Below, one piece after another: positions 1 to 14,962 of a DNA stretch of 64,000 nucleotides; position 1 is the first letter of the stretch; the number at the start of each line of letters is the position of its first letter. Under the pieces are notes generated by a model, which made no database searches, was not told where the DNA came from, and saw nothing but the letters and a program-made list of their open reading frames with translations. This DNA is from Tubiluchus corallicola (lineage: Eukaryota > Animalia > Priapulida), in contig JAQGDQ010000095.1 of assembly GCA_030141605.1 (NCBI GenBank), forward strand, positions 62,001 through 126,000, given 5' to 3'. The position numbers and the translations under genes were made by a program.

Positions 1-149
1 TACGGTAATGAGTTGTTTTATCATGTTTAAATTTAATTAGTGGCAGGTAGTCGAATCTTTTAAAAACAGTTTGCAAAAACGATGATTAATCAGTATACGT
101 ATATCTTGGATCTGTGGAAATTATTTTTTGTTAATTTGTTGTCTAACAC

Positions 150-746
150 TCGACAAAGAAACAACCCCATTTTAAACAATGTTTGAAAACAATCTACAGT
201 GTAAAATAATGAAAGAAGACATAGCTATGTGAAAGAATCATAATGAACGGGTCGGTTCTTCGCTGTTACATACATTTCTCCATTCGCTAGTTAGACGAGC
301 ACTAGCGATTGCATCTTGAAAACACATTGGGCAAAAAACAGGTGTTGTACTTCCCCAGTTCAGAGGTGTTCAGTTGTGGAGTAGTGCACACGTTTGAGAG
401 CTCATGCATGACACAGTGGTAAACTTGACATTTGAATTTTAACATTGAAACTTGCCGCGTTTTTGCACACCACACTGGATGTTGCACAGTAGTACTGTAC
501 TTAAATTTTCGCCTTCGCGAACATATCCAACATGCTCGCCGAATGTTTGTGCAATTTAAAATTATGTTCAGAACTTTCTGATATCATCACTAGTTGGGCT
601 TGCCCGGCTGCCCGCTGTTAATTAAGTTTTTAGCCTATTATTTGGTTATCAGAAACGCCTTGGTATTGTTATAGGTGTTAAAACATATACTTTTTACTGT
701 AGTTCAAAATGGGATAGGATATGAAAAACCATCTGTTTTCCTTTAA
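150..746. mobile_element. Non-autonomous TTAA-flanked DNA transposon, family A copy (Kolobok/T2-like MITE)
   Basis: Aligns by eye with 35385-35957 and 32280-32723 (catttc.ccattcgc, tagttgggcttgccc, ttatcagaaacg, tatacttttta). Ends ctgttttcct|TTAA (743-746). Left boundary approximate. Confidence 0.75.
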
Positions 747-2139
747 CCAGCTAATATGTAACGGAGTATATGATCATATATTGTAACGTGTATGCAAATG
801 TAAATGTGAGTATTAGCAAATGAAAGCTTGCTTGAACTTCTCGTGGCATTTATTATTTGTCAAATAAATGAAATATCGGTGTAAAAAATAAGCAGAGAAG
901 TGTGGTTGTGAGCCGAAAGAGATAAATCAGGCTTAGTTAGTCAGATGTGTCACAGTGGCGAAGAGCAGCCTGACTATTATAATAATATCAAGTTAATCAA
1001 CTTTTAAACCAAATCTTAAATATATTTCTAATTTTTGTTTATGGTGTACATAGTACTTATGTCAATTTATCGTTAATTTATCAGTTATTTATCGTTAATT
1101 GTAACAGTTGTATTGCAAAATTATTAGCTCAGTTGAGCTCATTTAGGTTATGGTGTCTTAATTCGTGCTAGCATATATATACCTTCAAGATACTGCATAA
1201 ACAATAAACTGTTAAACTTTGGTTTATTAGTACTTAGCAGAAGTACTGAAAAGAATATACATTGTATATGCCAACAGACTTGTGTTAGCTTTAAATTTGA
1301 ATATAAATTTTTAGGTTTACATGGATGGGCTACATTCTTGTAAATTAATGATTATTTCAAGCCTACAGAGTTGCAGTATAAAAGTAATTTTCTTTGAGAT
1401 TAAAATGTAATTGTCAATGGTGGCCCAATATTCAAAGTTTGACAAACTTTCTTGTTACTATATTGACGCCATGCTTTATAACTACTTCTTTTGTCCTTCA
1501 CTTTTTGTTTTCATATTTCTGTTGTATTTTTATTTGTGCCTGGTTGATATCAAATCACTTGTGATATCGTGTATGAGTCAGTTTGTCTTTCGTAGGTCAG
1601 ATGTACTCTTACTGTATAAATTTCTGCTTTTACTCTTTACCTATGCCGATAAACATTTGCAAAACTGACATGAAACAGGACTGAACGACATCCAGCGGAA
1701 GTCAAGAGATTTGTCTTAAAATTTTTATACATGGAAAGAGATGCATGATACTAGCTTGCACTTGCAATTGTAGCCGATTTACATTATATTTTCATCTCAT
1801 TACATAGTCACTAGACTATTGTCATTATCTTGCTGGCCAACATGGCCGCTCTTGTAATACATATTGATTACCTCATATTTTTAACTTCTCCAAATTCATC
1901 CCCAAGAGCATTATACAACAGACGAGTCTTGTTGCTATTGAAAGAGTTGTTCAACAGCGGCTATTCATTGCCTAGTTTCCCCACTAACCATCAATGTTAC
2001 ATGAACTCTAGCATGGACCAAGGCTTTAAAATTTAACATGCACGGAATTATTTTACCGTATTGTGGTGCTCAGTAAAAAGATGATCATGTATAGTTAAAC
2101 AGGTTAGTTCAGGTCGTGTATCATTTTCTGCTGCTATTG

Positions 2140-2300
2140 CTGCTGCCAATTAGCGTCGAAAAGCGTGATTGGTCGCTGGTTACGCGCCAGGGCGGGGCTA
2201 GTTTGACCTCTAAACCATTATGAATCCGACCCTTACCCTGCAGGGCCATCTGGCCTGCCCATTGTAACCATAGAGATGACTTCCCTTAACCCTTTCGCTT
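2140..2300. promoter_or_regulatory. Promoter-like motif cluster (two CCAAT boxes and a GC box)
   Basis: CCAAT 2146-50, ATTGG 2168-72 and GGGCGGGGC 2190-98 in a GC-richer patch. No linked exon identified. Confidence 0.25.
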
Positions 2301-5300
2301 GCTCAACCCTTTCCCTCGAGCTAGCACGCAATGTATACACAAAGCTTGAGCGGCTGCTGCTAACTGCCTCGACTGTAGGTCAAGCAGGTCTCAGCGCTCC
2401 TAGTTATTGCTTCGTCTTCATCACCATTCCACGCATTTTAAAAGCAAAACATCGAAAAATCACTGTCGATAATTACGTAACTATTTAACCACATCGCGTT
2501 AATTAATAATTGCACATTAATTCTAAAATTTAACGTTTTTTATTGATGAAGAAAAAATGCATCAAAACCTGATCAATAAATTTTACTCGTCGCTTTCTAG
2601 TACAGTTTGCCGCTTCTTCATGAGCTGCTATGTAAATTTGAACAGTTTTCAGTTAATGACGCCAAAAATCTAGACAATCTTTTGCTTGAGCTACATTTTT
2701 ATATTACTGGGCCGAATTTATTTTTACAATAGCAATTTCCTGAATATTTTCCGCTAGGTGGGACGTAGCTTAATTCGCTCCTGTTTCTGGGCGCCGTTCA
2801 CATTTTGTAGTGTTGGAGTAATTAGCTTTTTTCGGGAAAAGATTGTTTGTTGCACGGCATGTAGAAAGTTGTTCGTCTTGAAATCTTATCCCGCTGGCAG
2901 TTGAAATATGTCTGCAAGCAAGCATGGTGGTATCGCTATTGTCTTGTAAACGTCTCATCACGTCTGTCTTTATAGAACGTTTTCAGTTCCCTGAATCGGC
3001 ATTAAGTGTTGTTTGTAAAACGGTTTCTTGGTCTTATGGCATCTTGTAAAAGTGATTGGAGGCCAGAATTAGAACGGAGTTATATACCCTATTCAATAAT
3101 GAAAATTTGTTCTACCCTACATATTTTCTTATCATAAGCCGCTGTGTCATCATACGAGAAAAATATTTACACAAATTTCATTCCTATATTAAACATTGTC
3201 TTGAGCTTGACTTATATTTGACTGACTGTCCGTTTGGAATGAAATTTTCCTTTGAGGTGGGATTAAATATATTGTGTACACAGCGTAAAAAACTTGCGCT
3301 CGGTTGCATGTGATAAGCCTTTGGTCTCAGGATTTGATCAAAAGAATTATTATAGATGGACAAGCCACCCTTCAAATGTTGCTCTTTCCTGTTCTTGTAC
3401 TGTGTAGAAGAATCAAAAATAAAATGTTGAACGCATAAATGTAATTTCAAAAGCACTTTGTGGGCAGTGCACTAGAATTTTTGTTGGTTCTTTTGATTAC
3501 CTAGAACTGCCTGGTTTTTCGAAGGTTGCATATAGGTTAGCCAACTGAAGTTCGTGGAGTTTAACCCTGGACAGTTGACTTATCTAGATTTTATGATAAG
3601 GCAAAGAGTTATTTATTTGTCCACGACACAAAAAAGGTTAACCAATGGGCACAGGTCATTAAGCACGCAAATATACCACTGTACTGAAATTTCAAATCGT
3701 GCTGTATTTTCATTACATACTTAACACACCTGAAGTTTTTGTAATAACATATAGTTTTGAACTTAAATTTCTTAAGTTTCATAATCAGTTTGAGAAATGT
3801 GGATCATAAACTTGGTACCAAGGATAGCTGGTTATATAAGCTATAAAACTTAAACAAATTAAAATATTCGAAAATTTATTTTAAAATCGTAATTTGTTCT
3901 AGAAGTTTGTTCTAGAAGCACATAGTCTTCAGTAATTCACAAAGCACTTTATATAAGCTAAGCTGCTTTAATGAATAGTCTACTAACTAATGCTTTACTA
4001 TTCGTTATTAATTGCATTTTGTTGATTAATAAAAAATATATTAAGTTATTAACTACATCCTTTCCCATTATTTTTATGGTTCGCATTCTCACTATGATAC
4101 CACACATGTATGTTTGTAGTGTATTGTACTCGTTTTACATGATGAGTCTTTGTTTTGTGCTGGCTATTGTGCCGCTGGCTACTCCCCTTGCTCTTTCACT
4201 AATAATTACGCATATAAAAAGCTGAAAGTGTTTTAACTCATTACGCTTGGTTCAGCTGCCCGTTAAATTATACATGCTGGAGCGTTTCTCCCACCACATA
4301 TATAATGGTCATTATGCAGAGGACAAAGCCAGCCACAACGGCCATCGTGTTCAACCCATTACCCATGGCAGATGGGCATCGCTTTTTTCCATTTTGCAAT
4401 TTGGAAGAAAAATTTTAATGGTCATGTGAGTGGTAGCTGGGGGCTGGACAGATGGGTGAAAGTCAAGCTTGTCTAGCTTGACCCATTCATCTCGCCAACA
4501 AAGACTCACCTTGTCCTTGGCATACCTTTAACCCTTTCCGAAAAAAATCGCTGGGAAATGGGGATTATTGCAAAAAACACCTGTTTTCGAAAACTCTTTG
4601 TTGTGGCGAAGGTAAGAAGAGGTTCTCACTTCTCAAACGGAAAACTCGATCAGCTCCGCGGCGAGTGCGCATGCCACACTTCGCAATGTCGTGTAATGCA
4701 CTATCGTTTTGTAACTGAGAGCCGATTTTAAAAGCAGGTATTAAATTTAAAACGTGTTTTCTCGTTCTCTTGTTACACACACGGCAGCATAAAAATCAAG
4801 CGCGGCAGCGTGTGCCATAAATATATACTTGATTTATTGTTCGTGGTTGTAATGATAATAAAATCGTCATAAGTTGAAAACGATGGCACTGTGGTTAAGT
4901 GATAGTATAAAGAAAATTTACATTCATTAATTTTTTATATGGATAATATTTTGTCCTGCTAGACCATTCTTTATGCGCCAATTGGTCGGATGCTTCTTTA
5001 ATGGGCTTTACTGAAATTCTCTTCGAAGGAAAACTAACGACCATTAAATTGTTTCTCCCTAAAACAATACGTTTTTACTTTTATTGAGTCAGTATGAATC
5101 AAGTGCACAATATAATATAATTCGACCATAGACGTTCCTTCTCTTGAAAAATCACTCCGGCGAATTTTATTGATATTAAATTGCACATTGCTATAGGGAT
5201 TCAAACTATTTGATTTCACGAAATATATGTATATGCTTCGTGTCACAACCCTTAATTCTTTCTAAGCATAAACGATACTTAGCAAAACCTACGACAACTT

Positions 5301-6367
5301 CGTCAGGGTAATAATAAAACGAAAATATCAAGCCAAATTAGACAGTACCTGAATCACGTATAAATGTATGTAGTCAGATAAAATCATGTATGCTTGTGTC
5401 AAGTCACTTGCTATTCAGAATAGGGCCAGCGACACCTACATTAAAAACACCTACATTTTAATTATTTCGCTGTAATACACTATTAAATCTTTTCCCATAG
5501 ATTTTGTTTATTTGCATGAATCGCCATTGTTTTAATTTGAAGCGTCAAGCGTGACTTTAAAATATGGCGTTTAATATGCACAGACATTTTGTGCCTCCGT
5601 TTTTTCGACCATGCTTTTTCGTATTCACAACGGGTATGGGTTCTTTTGCTAGTCCAGTTTGAAATCTTTGAAAAAGTATGGCGAGCATATTATCATTATG
5701 TGAATGCTAGTGATCCTGTCCAACTCGGTCTAATATATCGGTGATGTTTTCACCCGAAAAAAGTCGTTGCAGAAACAGTTAATTTGTCATTTGTAGTCAT
5801 TAAAGTTACTTAAAAATAATGTAAGCTGGCGCAGTAGATAAAATTATACTAATGTCTGCTATTTTTAGGTACTGGACTGCTGTTTGGAAATACATTTACT
5901 GGCATGTTTTTCAAAATTCTTGGTTGCTATAGATTGTAGGTTGATATAAAATACTATTTATATGATATAGCCTTGTTATATCGAAACATTTTTAAATGAA
6001 TGTTAGTTACACGAAAAATAGCCGTCTTGCTCAATTTTTGAAAAAACATACGTATGTGAATTGAAAATACTTCGGACTTTTTTCTAGCAAATGCAATATC
6101 GCGTGACCTTTCTGTATTCATACGATAAGAATAATATTCTCGGTGCTATAAAAAGTCATTATTTTTAGATGCAAATCATTAGTGACGGCTGCGTTCTCTG
6201 TTTAATGTTAATTGCAAAACAGTGACACTAATTCTTGAAAATGTCTCTTAACTCATCCGCCCATAATTTCTATACGTTGAGCAGGTATACTTAGGGCACT
6301 TGCAGTGCAGGTATTAAGTATAAACGATAAGTCACACTCATTATTATAACGTTTCCAGAACTGTTGT

Positions 6368-6370
<3 letters not shown>

Positions 6371-6401
<31 letters not shown>
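6371..6401. repeat. (AT)15 microsatellite
   Basis: Perfect AT run. Confidence 0.97.
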
Positions 6402-6403
<2 letters not shown>

Positions 6404-7692
6404 ACTCGAAGGAAGTATACGCTGCAAGTACCTGTTATATGTGTATCTAGTAAACTCTTGGGTGAGGAATTAAACATCATAGTGCTTCTTTAATTTTTTT
6501 GGTATTTCCAATTTTGGCATTTGCATTAAACTTAGCATTAAAATTTATTAAACGAAATTTTTACTTAGATGTACCCCCATATATATTATGCACTACCTGC
6601 ACAGTGGTGTATTAAGTGCATATTTTATAATAGAAGCCTGTGTAGAGCTTATATGACTTTTCATTAAAATGATTGATAATATCATTAATTTGAGTATTTT
6701 TTAATCTGCATGAATGCATATACTGCAAATGTATCGTATTTACAGAGGATCACCTTTTAATATTTAACAAGGAAATTAGTAGGGCTGCGCTGGACTGCTA
6801 AATTTAAAAGTTGACAGAAACTTGTAAGCATTCTTTTGGAGTTAGACTGGGCAAATAATTCCAGTCATGAATATTGTCATTATGCCCCAAACACAAGGTT
6901 GCGTAGGGAAAAATGGCTTAATGCCAGACAAGAAGCTTCAGAATTTAGTGAAATTTAAGAAAGTAGTATAGATATTAGACACTGCTTTTCCAGTTTATAT
7001 ATATATTTTTAGTAAAGACTGGAGCTTATTGTCCGACATTAGCCCAGTTTACCATATTTGTTGAATTAACTTGGATAATGCCGCGAGTGTACCAGCTTGT
7101 CTTAACTTAATAAATTTCGAACGTGTTGCCTATCATATGTATATTATGTGTGTTTAGCTTAATATGAGATTTTGTTCTAACTTCTTTACAGATTTGTACT
7201 AAGTATACGAAATGAAATCTTTACCAAAATTCAGTAGCCATGCCAGAATTTGAGTCCCATTGACTGCATAATTATGTAGTTTGATATTTTATGGCTTTTA
7301 ATTTTGCTATTTAGCTATTATTACCTATTTTTTTCAGGTTGATATCATGTGTACACTATTATTATTTGCTTGTTTGTTTTTAATTGTATTAAGCGAAATG
7401 AGACTAATCACAAAGTTTCAAAAAAGGTTCTTTCCAACTCTAAACGGATAAATCCAATGCCAGAGATTCAAAGCTACTTATAACCCTTTGTCTTAATTGG
7501 TGCTCATTGTAATAGTATTGTACTACTAATGTTCAGTAAAATTGTGATTCACTGAAGCTTTCCAAGACCTATTGCTAATTAATATATAGTTCTTGTGGCA
7601 CTCAATAATTTTTGTTCTAGCATTCTACCAAGATTTAAAGAGTTAAATAACTTGTTTTCTTATCAGGCTAACTCAAAATAAAGATTTTACTT

Positions 7693-7751
7693 ACTGACTG
7701 ACTAACTGACTGACTGACTCACTCACTCACTCACTTAATTAATTAATTAAC
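7693..7751. repeat. Compound tetranucleotide microsatellite (ACTG)n(ACTC)n(TTAA)n
   Basis: Seen directly in the sequence. Confidence 0.9.
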
Positions 7752-10700
7752 TAATGACAACCAGTGTGCCAAGAATGTGTGTGTACTCAAAAACTATTAC
7801 CTAAAATCTCAAGAACAGGTCTTTTTTAAATTTACAAATAGCAAATTTTTTCCTTAAGAACCAGCATTTTTGTAAAAATTGCTACTTTAAACGAAATCAG
7901 TGTTCTCGCTAGGCTGCTAAAATTTCGTAGAGGTTGATAACTCGCCGAAGGCGTGCACCCATCACGTGAAAACAAAACACGGCCTGATTATTTTAAATTT
8001 CTGAAGATTTTTTATTTCTGGCGATCGGCACGCATGTGAAGTTTGCTGAAATGCGCTCAATGTCAGTGGGGTATCTGTGAGTGGGATACATGACTCCATG
8101 GGAAGCAATTGAAATATTTAAGCACTAATGTGATCTACAACTTAAACACATAATATGTGAATGCAGTTTTAGCTAACATTATATATTTTTCTTTTTTGTA
8201 ACATATGCGATCATTAATCAATGTACGTACATTGCTTAAGTACAACAAAAGTATTTTTATTAGCGATCTCGTTAAACATGAGTGTATGAATAGACTCCTT
8301 TCGCACTCTAGTGTTTTCTCAATTGAGAACTGATAAAACATGCATGCCATTTGCTCACGGCATTTCTTCAACTTACTATATTCTAATGCCGTATTAAATT
8401 ATAAGTCCAGTAATAAGCTTACAGGCTGTATATTTGTTTGTTTGTTTGTTTGTTTGCTGGTTTATATTTTTGTCCGTCAGTTGCCTGTTTTGCTTAATGA
8501 TTCATTGTATAGTTCCTTTTACTATTCAAATTGCAATACATTTGCATCTCGATGTGTAAGTCCATACTCAAATTATGCAGGCTTTAACGCCTTTTCCTTC
8601 ACCATTTTTTATTATAATAGCTTGTAGTTATATATTCTCGCTGTTTCGCGCTGTATGAAAGCAAAGGTCGGCCAGTTTATTTATTTTTAATTTTTTCTGA
8701 AAACAAAAATCGGTGAGCTATGTGCCAGTGAATTTTCGCATAATTTGAATAGCCTGCCATCTACGTTAATACAGTCTAGAGATCAATATGCCTGGCAATG
8801 TATGATAGGCCGTGTATGTGTGTGTGCGCGTGAGCGTGTGCATGTGCGTGTGCCATCGCCAAGTCCCTCTGATTAGCGACTTCTGTTGAGATGTCAGTCT
8901 ACAAGCCAGTGTCGAATGTTTCGTTTTCCTTGCTCCTTTATAGCTGACCCTGTCTGACTTCAGTATTTTTAGGCATGTTTGTGTGTTGGTAGGCATTAGC
9001 GCCACGTGAGATAAGGTTTGCTTCAAACTTGCTGACAGTCTCGTATCGTGCCAAAGGGTTGAGCCTGGCTGTGCTCTCTTCTCTTCATCTCTCTGGTGTC
9101 TTGATGCCCATGGATCGGGTTGCCATTCCCTGTTTATTTCCACTTGAAAAAACGGGTTAGCAGTGCTTTGAAAATATCGCTTAAGCGCGGTGGTTAGTTG
9201 ATAAGTTGTTTAAAGATTTCGCGCGAGGTTCACAAACTGGGCATGTCCTCATTCGAGGCCTGAACTCTTTCGGCCATGTTTTATCTTCTTCTTCTCGATG
9301 GCCTCAATTTTATGTTGATTCTGTCGGCGAATCTCGTCATTTTTGTGGCTGGAACGTCAGAGCCGGTAATACCGACGAAATGCGAGATTAGCCTCAAATT
9401 ATGGTGTGAGATATAAATAGGTTTCACACTTTTGCTTTGAGAGAAAGCCCACTATAGCTTGTAGTCTATTACGTGAATGTGGTAAGCATTAGTTCACATA
9501 TAACAAATTCTGAATAAGACCAAATTGTAACAAATACTGGTATGTGTTCTACTCCGCTTTTAGTTCTATATTCACGTTTGCTGTACGAGTCACTCCGTCT
9601 TCTGGTGCCTTGACCTGTACCGTTTAGAGCATCTGATGTTTTACTTAATAAATACTGTCACAAATGAAAACACTTCAACTTATAGAATGGTCTGCAAATT
9701 TTTTGTTTCTTCAATTTAAATCTTTAGAATTTTTGTTAAATTAGGTGCTGCTTAACTTAGTGCTGTTTTAAAAAACTGTGAGACTTTGGATAACGAAATA
9801 CTGTATAAAGATTGTGTTTCAAAAACAACGAAAAAAAACAGCAAGATTTAAAAAAACGAAAAAGCAACCACTCATACGAATAACAGTTCTCTTTTTTATT
9901 GTTTTTTCTCAAAAATTGTTGTCTTATATTTAGTGTTACGATTTTTTCATGGCATTAATGTTTTATAAACTCGCTTGTTAAATTCATTTTAAAAAGTATA
10001 AAAAAGTACTGTAAAAAATCGATCTGACCACGACTATAGCTAGTTTCTTCCATTCAGTAAAACAAGTTACTTTGATCAGATTGCTTGTTTAAATCTTCAT
10101 TTGACCCAGATCTGAACACATCTGTGAGTGCGGTGCAAACTTACCGGCAATGCAGATGTTGAACAAAGGAAAAAATAATCTTTAAAAAAATAATTTATTG
10201 AATATTAAATATTTTTACGATCTATGTTTCGTAAAAATTTATCTATTTTTTGTAGATACAGTGTAATTTTTAATATTTACATCCTAGACACTTATTTACA
10301 AAAATATTATTTAGGCGCCAAGATATACATGTGCTGTTTTAATGTTGATTTGCTTACTGTTTTTTATACTTAGATTTCCCATGACTTTTATTAATGGGAT
10401 CAATCATGTGTTACAAACCAATGTTGCATGCGTATACAGTACTTTAAAGTAACTTAATAATCAGTCTTTGTTTTCAACTTTTTTGAAATATAATTATGTC
10501 CAATCGTATCTTTAACGCATTTGTTTGTAATTAGTTTTATTGGTACTGTTTTTTTACGTTTGTGTGTATTATCGTTTTCACTATACGTTTTACTTTTATA
10601 TTTATGGCAAAGCACTATCTGAGTTTCATGTTTGCCATCAAAAAATACTTAAAACTTTAATTGGCTATTTAAAGTTAAATTTCAAATATAGCTTCGCACT

Positions 10701-13700
10701 GGCCATGTGCTGTACACTGGCTATTTCTATCAGTTTGCAAATGGCTGGAGAAACTAGGAGCGGTCTAAGTCATATGATCCCGCCTGTAGGTATATGCGAG
10801 CAATGTGTGTGTCCTTGAGACGTCTGGACTGGCTAGTTCTATGCTGGCCACTAGCCTTTATAGCTATGTACATTCACTACCTGGCACTCAAGGTCACCAC
10901 AAGCGTCTGCTTTCCCCAAACCTGCTGCAGCTGATAAAACTACCCATTTATGATTGCCAAATAACTATTACATAACGTCACTCGCTTTCATTTTCTGTGT
11001 GGGCTGTTAGTGTTAGTTGACCAACGCTCGCTTTGGACATACGTGACTAAAAGGCCAATTGAAATTGGTACTCGGCAGAAATACCGGTTGAAAAAGTGGA
11101 AATCAACAAGCGACCTCATGTTATTTCTAAAATACGTGTTTGCTTACATGATTTTTGCGAATGCTGTCCACTGGCCTGCTTGTACGGTGACCATCTGTAC
11201 ACGTATAAGCTAGTCAGTATAATATTACATGTTTGTAGAGCTTTCTTTATCGTGAAAGGCAAAAAACTGTAAATCAAACACGACGCATGGCCGTCTCACC
11301 GGGCCCTTTGTTGTTTATTATTTTGATAAAATTGCTCCTAACGGTTATGTGCAGCCTTTTGTATGCTTATTGTTCTTAAAAACGTCTATAATCTATCAAA
11401 TAAAATATCCACCAAAAAAGTTCTCCTCTTATTTAATACAGGAATGCAAATTACCGAAATTTTATGTACATATTCAATGCGAGATAAGCTGCCTTTGTCC
11501 ACTATTGTTTAAATAAAGCAGTTTCAATTTTCTACTTTCGACATAAAATTATTTATTTATTAGCTCAACTAGGACCTTTTAAATTTTACAAAAGTGCAAA
11601 AAGTACTAAACTTTCGCCGTAGAATTTGAAAGTTTATACAAATTAAATTGAATTGAATTAAATTGAAGCCTTAACTCCGCCTGCTTGTCATTTCAAATTC
11701 GGCCTCGGGTGCACACATGCACTTGAAACCAAATTCCGACAGCTCGAAAAGTCGAGAGAAATTCAAGTCCGCCGTGTTATTTTTAAATCAAGTTCTTTTA
11801 AAGGCAAACGGCTGGATTACACTGGTAGACCATTTGGTTTACATTGCAGTAAACACCGGTTAAGTTTGTGATGATGACGGCCTGAGAGCGCATTGCTCGT
11901 GGCGTACGGGTTACAGTGCATTCCGAGCCGTCTGGAATCGTCTGGACGATAAACTTGCTGTCTGGACTGGGGCAGTAGTGAAAGGATTAAGTTACATTGG
12001 TTTAGTCTGTAACTGGCTAGTTCAGCAGAAAACTGAATGGCTATTTTGGTTTTAATCCCCCCCCCCCCGTGTGGATTTCTGTAGCTCCTCTGACCAAATT
12101 GATTCTTTGCTCATTTTTCAAAACTGTGCATACGAGCGTGCCAAATTTCATAACGACTAAATAACTGGGTAAATGTACACATTACATTTATTTATAGATT
12201 TAAAGTCATATAATGAGCGTACATTACAGCGAATAATTTTAGAATTGCAGCAATTACTTCGTGCTGCCGATTAATTAATTTTAATATAGGCTTATAACTT
12301 AATTAACTTAATCGTGTGAATAATTACAGCGAGCTGTGAGCTTATTGTTATCTGGTGATGTGTTTTTAGTCACGAACACACTCGATCAGAAATCAGTGTA
12401 CATTTTGGACATTCCATCAGCCAGCATATTTTCACCCAGATTAAAAGAAGTTTGTTTTTACACCAGCCGTCCCACACGTGGATGCTATATAGGATCAACT
12501 CTTTTTCCTGCTGACCGACCATTGCTCCCAACGAGAGTCGGGGAAGGGGGTATTCTAAACTCAAAAAGAAGCTCTTCCGTTTCAAAGACTTTGTTCTGTT
12601 TACAACCGGGTTTCGCCTAAGCTCACGTGCTGTTTTTCTTTTCTTCCTGTATTTGTATGCACCGTTTTTCTTAATGTTCCATTAAAATTGAAATTGGGTA
12701 TTGGATTTAATTTGAAACGATATAAAGAAATTCGAGCGAAAAAATGTACGTTTTTTGTTATTGTCACTTCAGACAAGCCATCTGGTATTCGAGCCGTACA
12801 TTTGTTTTTAGTGGTACAAGACTAATTTTTAATCTCCTTTGGGACAGAAGTGCACCAAAAATTTTTTTAGAACGAGGCAGTTACTTCATGAGCATCATTT
12901 GTCTGTGCCCTTCTACATTATAAGTTTACATTTTCGCATAGATATTTATTATAGCTTATAATATTTTCTTGTAGAATTGTGAATTGTCTTTTCATTGAAC
13001 TTAGATTTCTTATTGTCCGTTATCATTATCCTTTAATTTTGTTTTCTGTGTGCTTTTGTGTATGGCATGCGTCCAGTTTTTAAAAAGTGAAAACATCCAT
13101 CCTTTCAACCTATGTTTGAGGGTCAGTAATTGATATTTTTTTAATTGAAGCCAGTGAGCCCCTTTATTAAGACTACACGGAGTTGAAGGACCGTGAAACA
13201 GCACAGACTGTGATCATCTGATCTTCAACTGACGCCAAAATAGCCAACGCAGTAACTTAACTCTTTGGCATTAGTCTGTTGATACAACCGGAAAAAACTG
13301 GCGCGCCAAGTCACGCTGTGGGGATAGAGTTAAAGTTTACGACCGAGTTCCTTCCTCTTCAGGATTGACCCTCATAATATGGCGACATCTAGTGCCATAA
13401 ACAGCGTTTAGTTGGAATTCTACAAATACGTTCGCGTGGTGCATAAACGCAATCAGTGATGAACAGATGTACATTGACTGTCTGACGCTAATAACTATAG
13501 CTGTGGACTGAAAATATTTAATCTTGATTGAAAAGTTTCAGAACAAGAAGCCACTGGTTGTTCTCGCACTTTAATTTTTTGGCTTTAATTATTTTGTTCT
13601 TTTTTGGCCACTGTCTGTTGTGTTAATGAGCTCCGATGGCTCATTTTATGGCATTACCTATAGCACAGAAGTCGCGGTGACTGTGACAGTGACAACCATG

Positions 13701-14896
13701 AATTAAGGCAGCAAAGCAACAACTTTTGGCCGTAGAATGTCAATGTAAACCCAAAATTTGTTGAAGGACATTATTATAGTTTTGACTATGTGAGGGCAAA
13801 CATAGACGACCAACCCTTTCGGTTCGAAACGGCTTAACTAATTGAGCTTGTATAATATATTTATGTATGCATGCTTGTCATTTTACAATACCTTCTATTG
13901 TCTTGAACAAAAGATTTCTAAATTTAAGAGCTAAACATTTCTTCAACCCCTAGGTGTGAAAGCTAATACATTGATATATTTTGTCGCTGACAAAAACAAA
14001 TGCATGCCTAGTAACATTTAATTTGAAACTTCAACGTCCTCTTTAAGCTTGCATTTTACTGGGCTGTTTTGTAAAATCACTTCCCGATGACCGAGCGGCT
14101 CTATTGGCTGCTCGCGTGGATATATTTAACTCTTTTGCCACCACCAGATGTTTCAACATCCAGTTTTTTTGCAAGAAGCTATAAATGAATACTGAGCTGC
14201 AGCGGCCATATCCACTAACATTCCTGTCTCCTGACCGAGAGCAAGGAGTTTTGCCTGGTGCTACGAATTATACGTTTCTCTCACACAATACCACTTGTAA
14301 TATCCTCTGTAACATTACCTTAGACTAGGAGTGCGGTTACGTCTTCTTCACCTTAGCGAGGTACTAGGTTCCGTAATTGGTGGTTTTCTTCAGCAGGGTT
14401 TGACTGCATGGGTGCCGTTTTCCAATGGATTAATGCAAAAGGTACTATTGAAGCTGAATCACACGTTAGCAAAGCTCTGACGTTATTAATTACTAGGAGT
14501 ATTTACAAATATAGAAATACCTACAATGCAGTATTGAACGTACATACACGTATAAAGACGTCGTGATAAGCTTGATTTTGTGGCATGCGAAGCTTTCATT
14601 TCAAGTGTATAGCAGCAGGTGATACGAATATTTTTTAAGTTTTGTTTCACAGTGTTCGAACTTATTGAAGAAATAAGGTTCACCATAGTTTCATGTTTCA
14701 CTAAACTGACTTGAGCGAATTAAGTTATGAAATTTATTCCATGGATGCTATAGTAATGCACCTATTTTTGTTGCAAAAAATTAAGTTTTTTTCTAAATTC
14801 GATGGCAACATTTTATTACGTTCATTTTTTGCATTAAATTAAAGACCAACAAACTGACCTAAGAACTTCTGCTGTTAAATAATTCGCGTGAAACGT

Positions 14897-14962
14897 TGTT
14901 TCTCTTTGCTGTCTTGTATGTAAAGCTATGTTTCTCTTTGCTGTCTTGTATGTAAAGCTATG
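14897..14962. repeat. Perfect 32-bp tandem duplication
   Basis: tgtttctctttgctgtcttgtatgtaaagcta x2. Confidence 0.95.

Noticed and set aside
4558-4616. ATG...AAG|GTAAG mini-exon (MGIIAKNTCFRKLFVVAK) as BCL11 exon 1
   Set aside because: The donor is phase 0, incompatible with the phase-1 acceptor at 35980, and there is no homology.
8766-9143. 125-aa minus-strand ORF
   Set aside because: Non-ATG start, partly encoded by a (TG/CG) microsatellite, no domain or splice support.
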